64,000 bases of DNA from Armatimonadota bacterium (GCA_037440005.1 JBBIUY010000004.1:1-64000), one strand, 5' to 3'; shown: positions 20,326 through 32,504, counted from the first letter of the stretch. Notes: generated by a model not told the origin, from the sequence alone. Translations and numbers: made by a program.

Positions 20326-21087
20326 TCAGGCGGCCACAAACCCTCCGTCCACCACCATGGCGTGGCCGGTGACGAAGGACGCGGCGTCGGAGCACAGCCA
20401 CACCACGGCCTCGGCCACCTCCTCGGGCGTCCCCATCCGACCGACGGGCTCCAGGGCCGTGAGCTGAGCCTCCACCTGGGGGTTGGCGGCGATCACCCTC
20501 TCCACCATGGGGGTGCGGATCACCCCGGGGCAGACGGCGTTGACCCGGATGTTGGCCCGGGCGTACTCCAGGGCGGCGGTCCGGGTGAGCTGGATGATCC
20601 CTCCCTTGGAGGCGCAGTAGGCCGGCATGTTGGCGAAACCCACCAGGCCCGCCACCGACGCGGTGTTGACGATGGCTCCTCCCCCCTGGCGCAGCATCTG
20701 GGGGATCTCGTGCTTCATGCACAACCACACGCCCGTGAGGTTGACGGCCATCACGCGGTTCCAGTTGTCCTCCGGACAGTCGGCGGTGGGCGCCATCACC
20801 CCCTCGATGCCGGCGTTGTTGAAGGCGTAGTCCAGCCGGCCGAACTGCCGGACCGTCTCCTCGACCATGGCCTGGACGTCCGCCGGGCGGGAGACGTCGG
20901 TCCGCACGAAGACCGCCTCGCCGCCCGCCTCGCGGATGAGGCGCACGGTCTCCCGGCCTGCGTCCTCCAGGACGTCCGCCACCACCACTCGCGCGCCTTC
21001 CCGGGCGAACGCCCGGGCGGCGGCGCGGCCGATGCCTGACGCGCCGCCGGTCACCACGGCCACCTTCCCCCGCATGGGCTGAGCCAT
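20326..21087 (-). CDS. SDR-family oxidoreductase
   Basis: TGGASGIG, NNAG, YCASK; GGAGGTGAGG RBS. Confidence 0.93.
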   Translation of the reverse strand: MAQPMRGKVAVVTGGASGIGRAAARAFAREGARVVVADVLEDAGRETVRLIREAGGEAVFVRTDVSRPADVQAMVEETVRQFGRLDYAFNNAGIEGVMAPTADCPEDNWNRVMAVNLTGVWLCMKHEIPQMLRQGGGAIVNTASVAGLVGFANMPAYCASKGGIIQLTRTAALEYARANIRVNAVCPGVIRTPMVERVIAANPQVEAQLTALEPVGRMGTPEEVAEAVVWLCSDAASFVTGHAMVVDGGFVAA

Positions 21088-21130
21088 CGTCCTCACCTCC
21101 GTCGAGTCGCCGGCGTCCGGGCGCCGGACC

Positions 21131-22348
21131 TCAGTAGATGAACTCGTCCACGTCGTAGCGGGCCACCTTGGGGCCCCGCGGCCGGGACCACCGCAGTCCC
21201 TCCCGCAACCGCCGGATCTGCTCGTGCACCTCCCGGGGGGTCAGGGGCTCCAGCCCGAGGGCCCGGGCGGCGGCGGCGTAGTCGGAGTGGGGCCGCTCCA
21301 CAAACGCCGACAGGTAGACCAGGTCGCCCTCGTCCAGGGGCAGGGCCCGGAGCAGCCGGAGGGTCCGGGTCACGTGACTGTCGGCGAAACGCCGCCCGCC
21401 CACCCCGGCCATCACGATGACCCCCACCTGCAGGCCGGCGGCCTTGAGGGTGCCCACGAGGTCTTCGGCATCTTTGGCCTGCTGGGGCTTGTTGAGCAAC
21501 CGCAGCAGGTCGTCATCTCCTGTCTCCACGCCCACGTACACCCGCCGCAGCCCCAGCCGGCGCAGCGTCGCGTAGTCCGCGGCGGACTTCTTCCTGCCGG
21601 TGAAGATGTCCACGAAGCTGGCCATCGGACGCTCCCCGTCGTCCGGGGCCCACTCCCGGACCAGGTCCAGGCGCTCCACCAGGTCGGAGGTGGGCAGGAC
21701 GAGGGCGTTGGCCTCCCCCAGGAACACGCCGCGGCGCAGGGACAGTCCCTCCCCGAAGAACTGCGCGATGCCCTGCAGGTGCGTCCGCAGCTCGTCGGCG
21801 GACTTGATGTGGAAGGGCACGGACCGGTAGAAGATGCAGAAGGTGCAGCGGTTCCAGTGACATCCTTCGGTCACCTGCACCACCACGGCCAGGTACTGGT
21901 CGGGCGGGAGGATCCCCACCGGCCGGTAGACCGCCTGGAAGCGCCGGGCATCCTGGCGGGCGGCGGGGGCGTCGAACGCCGCCGCGGACGCGACCAACCG
22001 CAGCGCCTCGCCCACCGAAGGCCGTCCCGCGGCCGACCACAGCACCTCGGCCTCGCCGCGCGCCAGGGCCCTCTGGGCGGCCAGGGCCGCCTCCGCGGCC
22101 CGGTCCACAAACCGGTCCCGCTCGTCGGGATCCAGCTCCCGGCGCGAGGGCGTGCGCAGGCCCTCCAGGACGGCGGTGCGCTTTTCCACCACGCGGTTGT
22201 CCAGGGCCCGGCGGTACAGACGCTGACCGGCCCACGCGGCGAACAACCGCCCCGACCGGTCGTAGGTGTAGATGGTCTCGCCGTCGTCGCAGACGGTCAC
22301 CACAACGGACCTGTCCTTGACGGTGACGAGATACCTGCGATCCCGCAC
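21131..22348 (-). CDS. Radical SAM protein with N-terminal extension
   Basis: CHWNRCTFC; GLRRVYVGVETG. GTG 22348 lies 6 nt after the -10, so it is possibly leaderless. Confidence 0.85.
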   Translation of the reverse strand: MRDRRYLVTVKDRSVVVTVCDDGETIYTYDRSGRLFAAWAGQRLYRRALDNRVVEKRTAVLEGLRTPSRRELDPDERDRFVDRAAEAALAAQRALARGEAEVLWSAAGRPSVGEALRLVASAAAFDAPAARQDARRFQAVYRPVGILPPDQYLAVVVQVTEGCHWNRCTFCIFYRSVPFHIKSADELRTHLQGIAQFFGEGLSLRRGVFLGEANALVLPTSDLVERLDLVREWAPDDGERPMASFVDIFTGRKKSAADYATLRRLGLRRVYVGVETGDDDLLRLLNKPQQAKDAEDLVGTLKAAGLQVGVIVMAGVGGRRFADSHVTRTLRLLRALPLDEGDLVYLSAFVERPHSDYAAAARALGLEPLTPREVHEQIRRLREGLRWSRPRGPKVARYDVDEFIY

Positions 22349-22354
22349 GCGACC

Positions 22355-22401
22355 ATGGTGAGGGGTGAGACGGGCGGCGGGCAATCCGGCAGCCGCCCGA
22401 T
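22355..22401 (-). promoter_or_regulatory. Operator ATCGG-N8-CGGAT (22384-22401) with -10 CACCAT
   Basis: 23-nt spacing. Confidence 0.55.
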
Positions 22402-22436
22402 GGGCGGGCCCGGCGCCGGCGACGGCTCAGGGCACC

Positions 22437-22769
22437 TCAGGCGGCCCGACGGCGCGCCGGCTCCCGCCGGAGGTGGGGGGCCGCCAGCCGGAGCAGCCCG
22501 GGGTGGCGCTGGATAAACCGGAGGAGCCTCCTCCCGTCCTCCCGGGCCCGGGCCCAGACGACCAGGTACTCCTTGGCCGCCACCCGGATGCGCTCGCGCT
22601 CCTCGACGACGCACGCCCGTTCCTGCTGCAGCATCCGGCGGGCGTCATCCCGCTGGCGGCGCAGGGCGTCCTGCTGGGCGCGCAGGATCTGCCGGTGGAG
22701 GTTGAGGTCCCGGCGGGCCAGCGCCCGGGCCTCCCCCAGCGCCTGCCGGTGCGCGGACAGCGTGAACAC
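22437..22769 (-). CDS. Small Arg-rich helical or coiled-coil protein
   Basis: GTG start downstream of an operator-bearing promoter; ends in RRRAA. Confidence 0.5.
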   Translation of the reverse strand: MFTLSAHRQALGEARALARRDLNLHRQILRAQQDALRRQRDDARRMLQQERACVVEERERIRVAAKEYLVVWARAREDGRRLLRFIQRHPGLLRLAAPHLRREPARRRAA

Positions 22770-22789
22770 CGGACACCATCCCCCCGCCC

Positions 22790-22835
22790 ACGGTAGGGGA
22801 GGGGCGGTTCCGGTCCCATCGGACGCGGCCGGCAT
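22790..22835 (-). promoter_or_regulatory. Operator ATGCC-N8-CCGAT (22818-22835) with -10 TACCGT
   Basis: 22-nt spacing. Confidence 0.55.
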
Positions 22836-22954
22836 CCGGGGTAGCGCTTTGGGATCAGCAGGACCCGCACAGACGGGCGGTGCCTGAGCGTCCGCGGTTC
22901 CTGAAGGGTGTGCGGGGAGACGGCCCGCCTCGCACCGGGTCCCCGGGCGGGTGT

Positions 22955-23125
22955 CTAGGCGGCGCGCCGGCGGGATGCGGGCTGCCGGGCGGCCGGGCGG
23001 GCGTCCGCTGTCCCGGCCTCAGCGGACCGGGCGGACTCGGCTTCCTTCTGGAGGCGGCGCCGCTCCAGCTCCCGCCCGCGGTCTCTGACGATGGACCAGG
23101 CCAGCCACTCTTCCCACAGAGACAC
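22955..23125 (-). CDS. 56-aa microprotein (MSLWEEWLAWSIVRDRGRELERRRLQKEAE...RRRAA)
   Basis: GGAGGGAG RBS, GTG start and its own operator; not in the ORF track. Confidence 0.55.
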   Translation of the reverse strand: MSLWEEWLAWSIVRDRGRELERRRLQKEAESARSAEAGTADARPAARQPASRRRAA

Positions 23126-23145
23126 CGGCACTCCCTCCGCCCCCC

Positions 23146-23190
23146 AGCCTACGCCGGTGGCGGTGGCGCGCCATCGGGCGGACGTCCGAC
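23146..23190 (-). promoter_or_regulatory. Operator GTCGG-N8-CCGAT (23173-23190) with -10 TAGGCT
   Basis: 21-nt spacing. Confidence 0.6.
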
Positions 23191-23216
23191 CGTCGGCCGT
23201 TCGAACGAACCAGGGA

Positions 23217-23873
23217 TCAGATCAGTCCCCGCCGCAGGGCGGTGACCACGGCCTCCAGGCGGCTGTGGACCCGGAGGGTCATCATGATCTGCTGGATGTG
23301 GTTGCGGACGGTGGCCGGGCTGATGGCCAGAGTCTGGGCGATGGCCCGCGTGCCGTAGCCGGACGCCAGCAGGCGCAGGATCTCGGTCTCCCGGGGAGAC
23401 AGCACCGCGGGAGGCGGGTCGGGACGGGCCGGGACCGGGGTGTCCACCAGGGCGGAGGCTCCCTCCAGAACCTGGCGGAGGAAGACCTCCCGGGTGCGCT
23501 CGGCGGTGATGTCCCGCAGGAGGTGCACCACCACCGCCTCGGCCCCGGGCAGGACCAGGGAGGTCATGGCCACCCACAACGGGGCCCCGTCCCGGCGGCG
23601 TACCTGGATCCGCATCTCGCGCATCCTCTCGCCGTGGCGCAGGGCGTTGTGCAGCGGGCAGAGGGAGGTGCAGACGATGTGGCCGTGTGCGTCCCGCCCG
23701 GCGATCACCTGGGCGCAGGGGCGGCCGAGGACCTCCGGGGCGGCGTAGCCCAGCAGGTCCTCGGCCGCGCGATTCCAGGCCACGATCACGTGGCCGGCGT
23801 CCACCGCGAAGGCCGGATCCCCGGTGCCGTCGACCAGTTCGGCGACATCGGTCACGATCACCGGGCGGGCCAT
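23217..23873 (-). CDS. PAS-LuxR one-component regulator with Cys cluster
   Basis: AFAVD..IVAWNRAAE.LLG PAS; C-x14-C-x3-C; LSPRE HTH. Confidence 0.88.
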   Translation of the reverse strand: MARPVIVTDVAELVDGTGDPAFAVDAGHVIVAWNRAAEDLLGYAAPEVLGRPCAQVIAGRDAHGHIVCTSLCPLHNALRHGERMREMRIQVRRRDGAPLWVAMTSLVLPGAEAVVVHLLRDITAERTREVFLRQVLEGASALVDTPVPARPDPPPAVLSPRETEILRLLASGYGTRAIAQTLAISPATVRNHIQQIMMTLRVHSRLEAVVTALRRGLI

Positions 23874-23877
23874 GGCG

Positions 23878-24219
23878 TCACCGGGCCGGCTTGGAGGTCG
23901 GATCGCCCGGCAGGGTGCCGGCCCGGATCTCCGCGATGTTGGTGAAGCCGTCTTTGTCGGAGTCGAGTTTCTCGATGGCCCGGAACGCCGCCTCCGCCCG
24001 GGTCGTCCCCTGCCGGGCCAGGTCGGCCCCGTAGGGGTTGACCTGTTTGGTGGGCGGCGTGGTGGTGTGGCAGATCAGGCATCCGGCCTTGCCCAGGGCC
24101 GTGTCCTCCCGGGGCGAGTACAGGTTCCGGAAGGTGGTCAGGTCCGACGGCAGGGCCGCGGCCGTCGCGGTCAGCAGGAGAAGTCCCGCTGCGACCGCCA
24201 GCGCGCTCGTGAGCCTCAT
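23878..24219 (-). CDS. Small exported monoheme cytochrome c with DxDxDG Ca-binding loop
   Basis: Signal peptide, CLICH, NPYG, DSDKDGFTN..EI..GT.PGD. Confidence 0.75.
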   Translation of the reverse strand: MRLTSALAVAAGLLLLTATAAALPSDLTTFRNLYSPREDTALGKAGCLICHTTTPPTKQVNPYGADLARQGTTRAEAAFRAIEKLDSDKDGFTNIAEIRAGTLPGDPTSKPAR

Positions 24220-25397
24220 GGCGTCTCCTCCTCTCGGTGTGGTGTCCGGGGGTCCGCGACCGGCGCCGCCCCGCCCCGGCGGGTCAGCTCCTCCACCAGC
24301 AGGGCGCGCCGGCGGCGGTAGTCCTCCGGCGGCACCTCTCCGGCCTCGTAGCGGTCGTCCAGGTCCGCCACCAGCAGGATGAGGTCGTCTCGGGTCAGGA
24401 GGGGCTCCCGCCCGCCGGTGGGGAGGGCGGAGGAGCGGCGCCGCAGGAACGGGTAGACCAGGGCGCCGACCAGGATGCCGACAAAGGCCGCCAGGACCAA
24501 CCGGTGAGGAGCGCCGGCGGAGACGGGCAGGCCGGTCGCCGCGATGGCCACCTGCGCGCCCGGCTTCATCCCCTCGCCCGAGAAGCGCAGGTACGCTCCC
24601 TCGTCGGTCTGCACCGGCGGCTGGGCGGCCAGGGGCGTGACCTCGAAGCGGGCCGCCGCGTGGCCAAAGACCTCGACCCGGTCGGTGGGCAGGTCCAGCG
24701 TCCGCAGGATCCGGGCGCTGCGACCCGAGGCCGGGACCAGGTAGCTGTAGCCGATCTGCCGCATCCCGGGCTTGACGTCCATGGTGTCCACCAGGACGCC
24801 GCCGGCCACCGAGGCGCAGCACTCCATCAGGCCCTCCAGGAACTGGACCCGGGTGGCTCCGGGCGGCAGGGTCAACCGCAGAGTCTCCCTCCTGCCGTCG
24901 GGACGCGGGGTGGTCCCGACGAACGTGCGGTCGGTGGTGTTGGTGACGACGAGCAGTTCCGCCACCTGCACGCCCCCGGCGGCGGGCTCGACGATGATGT
25001 GATGGACGTCCACCCGCAGCACCGCCGGGTCGGTGGTGGGCTCGTAGACCCGCAGGGTCACCTGTTTGCGGGTTTCGCCGGCGCGGAAGGCGAGGGGTTC
25101 GCTGTCGTAGTCCCCGCCCCGGTACTTGACGTTGACCACGTAGGTCCGGTCGGCCGCGGCGGGAACCGTGAAGGAGAACAGGCCGGCGGCGTCGGTGGTG
25201 GTCTGGAGGCCGTCCACCTGGGCGGTGCCGGCATAGGCGGTCAGCGTCACCGGCTGGCCGGCCACAGGCCGGCGACCGCCCGTGAGGTTGACCACGGTGC
25301 CGGTGATGGTTCCCACCGCCGGAGCCTGTTCGGCGGCCGCGGCGGCCGGCCAGGCTGCCCCGATCACCAAAACGGCGACGATCGCCCAGATCCTCAC
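24216..25397 (-). CDS. ccm-associated exported protein (carboxypeptidase-regulatory/Ig-like domains, C-terminal TM)
   Basis: Signal peptide, ITGTVVN..TTDAAGLFSF, TM, DLDDRYEAGE tail. Confidence 0.7.
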   Translation of the reverse strand: MRIWAIVAVLVIGAAWPAAAAAEQAPAVGTITGTVVNLTGGRRPVAGQPVTLTAYAGTAQVDGLQTTTDAAGLFSFTVPAAADRTYVVNVKYRGGDYDSEPLAFRAGETRKQVTLRVYEPTTDPAVLRVDVHHIIVEPAAGGVQVAELLVVTNTTDRTFVGTTPRPDGRRETLRLTLPPGATRVQFLEGLMECCASVAGGVLVDTMDVKPGMRQIGYSYLVPASGRSARILRTLDLPTDRVEVFGHAAARFEVTPLAAQPPVQTDEGAYLRFSGEGMKPGAQVAIAATGLPVSAGAPHRLVLAAFVGILVGALVYPFLRRRSSALPTGGREPLLTRDDLILLVADLDDRYEAGEVPPEDYRRRRALLVEELTRRGGAAPVADPRTPHREEETP

Positions 25398-25804
25398 GGC
25401 GCGCCTTCCTCCATCGCCGGACGGCCGCAGGACGGGCAGAACCGGGCTCCCGGCGGACGCCGCTGGCCGCAGGCCGGGCAGCGCCGCCTGGCCCTCGCCG
25501 CGCGGATTTCCTGCTCGAGGGCGGTCTCCGCCTCCGGCGCGGGGCGGGACCGCGGGTGCAGGGCTTCCACCGCCCGGGCCTCATAGCGGGCCCGCAGCCG
25601 CGCGTAGTCGTCCGGGGAGAGCTTGCCCGTGGCGAAGTCGAACTCCAGTTCGCGCAGGGCGCTGAAGGCGGCCGCCTTGGCCCGCGCCGCCTCCTGCGCG
25701 GGATCCGCGCGCTCGCGGGCCGCCGGGGCCGGGGGCCGCAGCAGCGGCCACAGGATCAGCCCGGCCACGGCGGCGACCAGCGCCAGCTCGGCCAGCAGGA
25801 TCAT
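25394..25804 (-). CDS. CcmI N-terminal-like protein with zinc ribbon
   Basis: TM, ALRELEFDFATGKLS..DY, CPAC..FCPSCG. Confidence 0.75.
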   Translation of the reverse strand: MILLAELALVAAVAGLILWPLLRPPAPAARERADPAQEAARAKAAAFSALRELEFDFATGKLSPDDYARLRARYEARAVEALHPRSRPAPEAETALEQEIRAARARRRCPACGQRRPPGARFCPSCGRPAMEEGAP

Positions 25805-25808
25805 GCCC

Positions 25809-26254
25809 TCAGTCCTCCCACTGCTCCAGTTCGCGCTCCAGCCACGCCCGTTGCCCGGGCGTCAGGGCGGGCGGGAGATCGGCGGAGGGCCGCTCGGACC
25901 GCCGCGACCACAGCGCGGCCAGGGCCGTCACCGCCGCGGCGCCGGCGACCAGGGCTGCGTAGGGCCCCCACCAGGCCACCAGGTTGAACCCCCGGCGCGG
26001 GGGAGCGGACAGCACCGCCTCCCCGTACGCGTCCACCAGGGCCGCCCGGATCTCGGCGTCGGTCCGGCCCTCGTTTTGCAGGCGGCCGATGGCGGCCAGC
26101 ATCCGGTCCCGCGGTCCGCAGACGGGGTGGGTGCAGGTGGCCAGGGTGAGCCCGCACCCGCACTGACAGATGAACTGGTCGGCCAGGCCGCCGCCCGCGC
26201 GGGCGCCCGCGGGCAGCACCAGAAGCCCCAGCAGTGCCGCCAGCACCGCCGCCC

Positions 26255-26258
<4 letters not shown>
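25809..26258 (-). CDS. ccmH: Cytochrome c biogenesis protein CcmH/CcmL
   Basis: ICQCGC..LATC, YGEAVLSAPP..GFNLVAW. Confidence 0.85.
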
Positions 26259-28228
<1,970 letters not shown>

Positions 28229-28239
28229 GGGGATCCTCC

Positions 28240-28638
28240 TCAGCCTCCCGGCGCGGCCGCTTCAAACTTGGACGGGCACTTGGCGAACAGCCGCTCGGCC
28301 ACAAAGCGGGCGCCGTCGAAGCGACCCTCCACCACCACCTCCGCGCCGGGCTTGAAGGTGTCGGGCACCACCCCGCGGTAGGCGACCGCCACCTGCCGGG
28401 CGCCGTCGGTGACCCGGAACTCCAGCCGGCCGGCCGCCGGGTCCCAGGTCACGCTGCCCGGGGCCACGGTGCCGCCCAGGCGGATGGCGGCGCCGCCGAT
28501 GGTCCCGGCGCGGTCCAGCAGCTCGCCCACGGTCATGTAGTAGGCCATGCTGCTGCGGGCTCCGGTGAAGGCGAGGTAGCCCCCCGCCGCCACGAAGACC
28601 GCCACAGCCAGCACAAACCTGCGGGTGGCGCGCCTCAT
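28240..28638 (-). CDS. ccmE: Heme chaperone CcmE (Cys-type, CPSKF)
   Basis: YYMTV.E, PDTFKPG.EVVVEG, AKCPSKF. Confidence 0.9.
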   Translation of the reverse strand: MRRATRRFVLAVAVFVAAGGYLAFTGARSSMAYYMTVGELLDRAGTIGGAAIRLGGTVAPGSVTWDPAAGRLEFRVTDGARQVAVAYRGVVPDTFKPGAEVVVEGRFDGARFVAERLFAKCPSKFEAAAPGG

Positions 28639-28766
28639 CGCCGGTCCTCCTCTCCCGGCAGCCGCGCCTGCAGCGCCCGGCCCAGCCGGTGCAGGTACAG
28701 CACGTAGGCGAACAGACCACCCCACACGATGGCGTATCCCGCAAACATCGCCTCCAGGGGCGTCAT
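28635..28766 (-). CDS. ccmD: CcmD
   Basis: 43-aa TM peptide (FAGYAIVWGGLFAYVLYL) between ccmC and ccmE with overlapping start and stop. Confidence 0.8.
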   Translation of the reverse strand: MTPLEAMFAGYAIVWGGLFAYVLYLHRLGRALQARLPGEEDRR

Positions 28767-29512
28767 CCTGCCACCTCCCCGGCTCCGGCGCGCACCCCCG
28801 ACCGGCCCGCCCGCGCGGTCAGCCGGTCGGCCACCACCATCTGCTCCCGGCGCAGGCTGACCAGGATCACGTAGAGGATCGTGAAGGCGACCACGTTCAC
28901 CACCAGGGCGTGGAGCATAGCCGGGTGCAGTCCCGATCCTACGCCCTCCGCCCCCACCACCACCGGCAGCGGGTGCAGCGACCGCCACCACAGCACCGAG
29001 AGGTAGATGAGGGGGATGTCCAGGAAGCCCACAATGCCCAGGACGGCGGCGAAGCGGGACGGCTGGGTCCCCGTCCCCCCATAGGCCCGCACCATCAGCG
29101 ACGCCACGTAGATGAACCACAGCAGGAAGGTGGTGGTCAGGCGCGGATCCCAGCTCCACCACGTCCCCCAGGCGTACCGGCCCCACACCGACCCGCTGGC
29201 GATGGCCAGGGTGGTGAACACCACGCCCACCTCGGTGCTGGCGTGGGCGGTCAGGTCCCAGGCGCGCCGGCGGGTCCCCAGGTAGCCCACGCTGGCCGCG
29301 CAGACGACGGCAAAGGCCAGAAAGCCCACCCACGCCGCGGGAACGTGCACGTAGAAGATCCGCTGGGCCGCCCCCATGGTGCGTTCCTCGGGAGCGTACA
29401 GCAGGGCCATGTACAGGCCCGCCAGGAGCAGCGCGCTTCCCGCGGCGATCGCCGCCGCGCGCCAGTCCGCCCGGGCGGGCCTGGCCAACTCTCGGTGGCT
29501 GTCCGGCGGCAT
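28763..29512 (-). CDS. ccmC: Heme exporter CcmC
   Basis: RIFYVHVP, WGTWWSWDPRLT, WWRSLHP. Confidence 0.95.
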   Translation of the reverse strand: MPPDSHRELARPARADWRAAAIAAGSALLLAGLYMALLYAPEERTMGAAQRIFYVHVPAAWVGFLAFAVVCAASVGYLGTRRRAWDLTAHASTEVGVVFTTLAIASGSVWGRYAWGTWWSWDPRLTTTFLLWFIYVASLMVRAYGGTGTQPSRFAAVLGIVGFLDIPLIYLSVLWWRSLHPLPVVVGAEGVGSGLHPAMLHALVVNVVAFTILYVILVSLRREQMVVADRLTARAGRSGVRAGAGEVAG

Positions 29513-29513
29513 C

Positions 29514-30191
29514 TCACTCCTCCAGCACGTATTCGAACACCACAGACCCCACGACGGCGATCACCACGTCGAAGGCCGCCAGGATGCGGAGTCCCGGCAG
29601 GATGGCCGCCAGCGGGCGTCCGGCCAGGAGTTGGGCGGTGGCGCCGGCGGCGCTGAGGAGCACCGGGGCCGCCACGGGCAGCAGCAGAACGGGCAGCAGC
29701 ACTTCCCGCATGCGCGTGTGCACCGACATGGCCGAGAACAGCGTGCCGGATGCGACCAACCCCGCGCTGCCCAGGACCAGCACCACCGCCAGGGGCCCGG
29801 CGGCCCGCCCCGGGGACACGCCGCCCAAGACGGCCAGGGCCGGGACCACCAGCGCCTCCACCGCCAGCAGGACCAGCAGGGTGCTGGCGGCCTTGGCCAC
29901 GTAGATCAGGGCCGGGTCGAACGGGAACAGGCGCAGGGCCTCCAGGCACCGCTCCTCCCGTTCCAGCGCGAAGGTCCGGGACAGCCCCAGGAGGCTGGCG
30001 AAGATCAGGGTCACCCACAGCATCCCCGGCGCCACCGCGGCGGCCTGGCCGGGGGCGGGAGAAAAGGCGAACGTGAAGACCACGGTGACCAGCAGCGCAA
30101 ACACCCCCATCGCCGACAGCATCTCCCGGGTCCGCAGTTCCAGGACCAGGTCCTTGCCCACCAGCAGCCCCACGGCCCGCAGGGCGCTCAT
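29514..30191 (-). CDS. ccmB: Heme exporter CcmB
   Basis: KDLVLELR, FALEREE, LLPVLLLP; 6 TM helices. Confidence 0.93.
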   Translation of the reverse strand: MSALRAVGLLVGKDLVLELRTREMLSAMGVFALLVTVVFTFAFSPAPGQAAAVAPGMLWVTLIFASLLGLSRTFALEREERCLEALRLFPFDPALIYVAKAASTLLVLLAVEALVVPALAVLGGVSPGRAAGPLAVVLVLGSAGLVASGTLFSAMSVHTRMREVLLPVLLLPVAAPVLLSAAGATAQLLAGRPLAAILPGLRILAAFDVVIAVVGSVVFEYVLEE

Positions 30192-30931
30192 CGGTGGGCC
30201 CCCACCAGATCGGCGTACAGCCGCTCGGCGGCGCCCGGGTCGGGGAACCCGTTGAGCCCCTGGTAGGCCACCGCGCCGTCCACCAGGATCACCACCCGGT
30301 CGGCCAGGGCCAGGCCCTGCTCGATGCTGTGGGTGGTCAGGACCAGCGTGCGGCTTCCCCGCATCCGTCCCAGCAGGGCGGTCAGCAAGGCGGCGGCCGA
30401 GCGGTCCAGGCCCACGAAGGGCTCGTCCAGCAGCAGCAGGGGCGGGTCGTGCACCAGCGCCCGGGCGATGCTCAGCCGCCTGACCATGCCGTGGCTGAAG
30501 GTGCGGACCAGATCGTGGCGGCGCTCCCACAACCCCACCGCCTCCAGCAGCACCTCGGCCCGCCTGTCCGGCGTGTCCACCCCAAAGCCGCGCGCGGCGA
30601 AGACCAGGTTTTCCATCGCCGTCAGCCCCGCGTACAGGTAGCTGTGGTGGGAGACGACGCCGAGGCGCCGGCGCAGGGACGGGTCCTGCCAGGGATCCCG
30701 GCCAAACAGGCGCACCCGGCCGGCGGTGGGGCGCATGAGGGCGGCCAGGATCTTCACCAGGGTGGTCTTGCCGGCGCCGTTGGGGCCGAAGATCACCACC
30801 GCCTCGCCGTCGGGGACGTCGACGGTCACCCCCCGCAGCGCCTGCACGGGGCCAAAGGCCTTGACGAGATCACGGGTCTGGATGGCGTGCACGCGCGCCC
30901 GCCGCCGTACGTTTCCTCTGTGCGCTTCCAC
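30188..30931 (-). CDS. ccmA: Heme ABC exporter ATPase CcmA
   Basis: GPNGAGKTT, FSHGM, LLLDEP; alternative start at 30892. Confidence 0.92.
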   Translation of the reverse strand: MEAHRGNVRRRARVHAIQTRDLVKAFGPVQALRGVTVDVPDGEAVVIFGPNGAGKTTLVKILAALMRPTAGRVRLFGRDPWQDPSLRRRLGVVSHHSYLYAGLTAMENLVFAARGFGVDTPDRRAEVLLEAVGLWERRHDLVRTFSHGMVRRLSIARALVHDPPLLLLDEPFVGLDRSAAALLTALLGRMRGSRTLVLTTHSIEQGLALADRVVILVDGAVAYQGLNGFPDPGAAERLYADLVGAHR

Positions 30932-30936
30932 CGCCT

Positions 30937-30982
30937 ACGGTAGGGATCGGCAGCGGGGCGGGGTATCCGGCACCTGCCCGAT
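30937..30982 (-). promoter_or_regulatory. Operator ATCGG-N8-CGGAT (30965-30982) with -10 TACCGT for the ccm operon
   Basis: 22-nt spacing. Confidence 0.65.
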
Positions 30983-31049
30983 TTCCCGTCGCGGCGGGAA
31001 CCGACGCCCGTTCCCGACCCACGGCCCGGGCATCCATCGGCGGACCGAG

Positions 31050-31101
31050 CCGGAATCGGGCCCCAGACCGATTCCGGGCCTGCCCGTTCGGGCCATAGGG
31101 T
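31050..31101 (+). promoter_or_regulatory. Operator ccggaATCGG-N8-CCGATtccgg (core 31055-31072) with -10 TAGGGT
   Basis: Perfect core with extended palindrome; 23-nt spacing. Confidence 0.65.
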
Positions 31102-31146
31102 AGGGGGCGAAATGACGACGCCGTGGACCGTGTTCGGGGTGTTCCC

Positions 31147-32504
31147 GTGCGCATCCGTCGGCGCACCTTCCTGACCCCCTCCGCGGCCGCGGCGGGCGCG
31201 GTGGCCGGCGCCCACCTGGTTCCGCGCCGGCTCACCGCCTTGCTGGCCCGGTCGTCCGGAGCGCCGGCGGGACAACCGGCGGACGAGTGGGTTCCCACCA
31301 CCTGCTGGATCGGCAAGCAGGACTGCGGGATCCTGGCCCGGCGGATCAACGGCCGCGTGGTCGAACTGGAGGGGCACCCCGGGAACCCGCTCAACCGCGG
31401 CACCCTCTGCCCCAAGGGCGTGGCCCAGATCATCGCGCTGTACGACCCTCACCGGGTGAAGGCGCCGCTGATCCGGACCAACGAGAAAGGCGTGCCGGGG
31501 ACATGGCGCCAGGCCTCCTGGGACGAGGCCCTGGACCTGGTGGCCCGGCGGATCCGGGAGGCGCGGGCGAAGGACCCCCGGCTGGTGGTCTGGCAGAAGG
31601 GCCGCAGCAAGGCCAAGGCCTTCTACGATGAGGCGTTCGTCAAGGCCTCGGGCGCCACGAAGCTGCACCACGGCGCGTTCTGCTCCGACGCCGGCTACCG
31701 TGCCAGCGAGTACACCGTGGGGATCTCCTGCGTTCTGCACCCCGACTTCCGCCACACCCGCTACCTGCTGGCGTGGGGGTGGAACGGCACCAACGCGGGC
31801 GGGAACATGTTGTGCTGGATCACCTGGCCCCAGCAGATGGCCGCCGCCCGGGAGCGGGGCATGAAGATCGTGGTCATCGACCCGCGCCTGCGGGGGATGG
31901 GGCCGTTCGCCGACGAGTGGCTGCCCATCCGCCCCGGCACCGACCTGGCGCTGGCCCTCGCCCTGTCTCACGAACTCCTGCGCCAGGGCGCCGTGGACCG
32001 GGAGTACTTGGCCCGCCACACCAACGCCCCCTTTCTGGTGGGGCCCGACGGATTCTTCGTGCGCCTCGGCGGGCAGGAGCAGATCTGGGACCGCCGCAGC
32101 GGCCGGCCCCGCCCCGCCGACGCCCCCGACGCCGACCCGGCCCTGGAGGGCGAGTACATCGTCGGGGGGAGGTTCGGGCGCGGCCGGTGTTCGCGGTGTT
32201 CGCCGAGCACGTGGCCCGCTACAGCCCCGAGTGGGCTGCCGGGGTCTGCGGCGTCCCGGCGGAGGCCATCCGGCGGGTGGCCCGGGAGCTGGGAGAAGAG
32301 GCCCGCATCGGCAGCACCATCGTCCTGGACGGGGTGACCCTGCCGTACCGTCCCGTGGCCATCATGGCCTACCACATGGCCCAGCAGGAGCTGGGGTTCC
32401 AGGCGGTGCGGGCCATGATCACCGTGATGATGCTGCTGGGAGCGGTCGGGGCCGTGGGCGGGCAGCGGTTCGACGTGGGCGGGTGGACGATTCACGAGAA
32501 CTTT
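31147..32504 (+). pseudogene. DMSO-reductase-family molybdopterin oxidoreductase catalytic subunit, frameshifted and truncated
   Basis: RRRTFL Tat, TTCWIGKQDC..LCPKG, SWDEALD, WLPIRPGTD; frameshift in the G-run near 32164-32172; stops near 32504 with no C-terminal domains. Confidence 0.85.
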
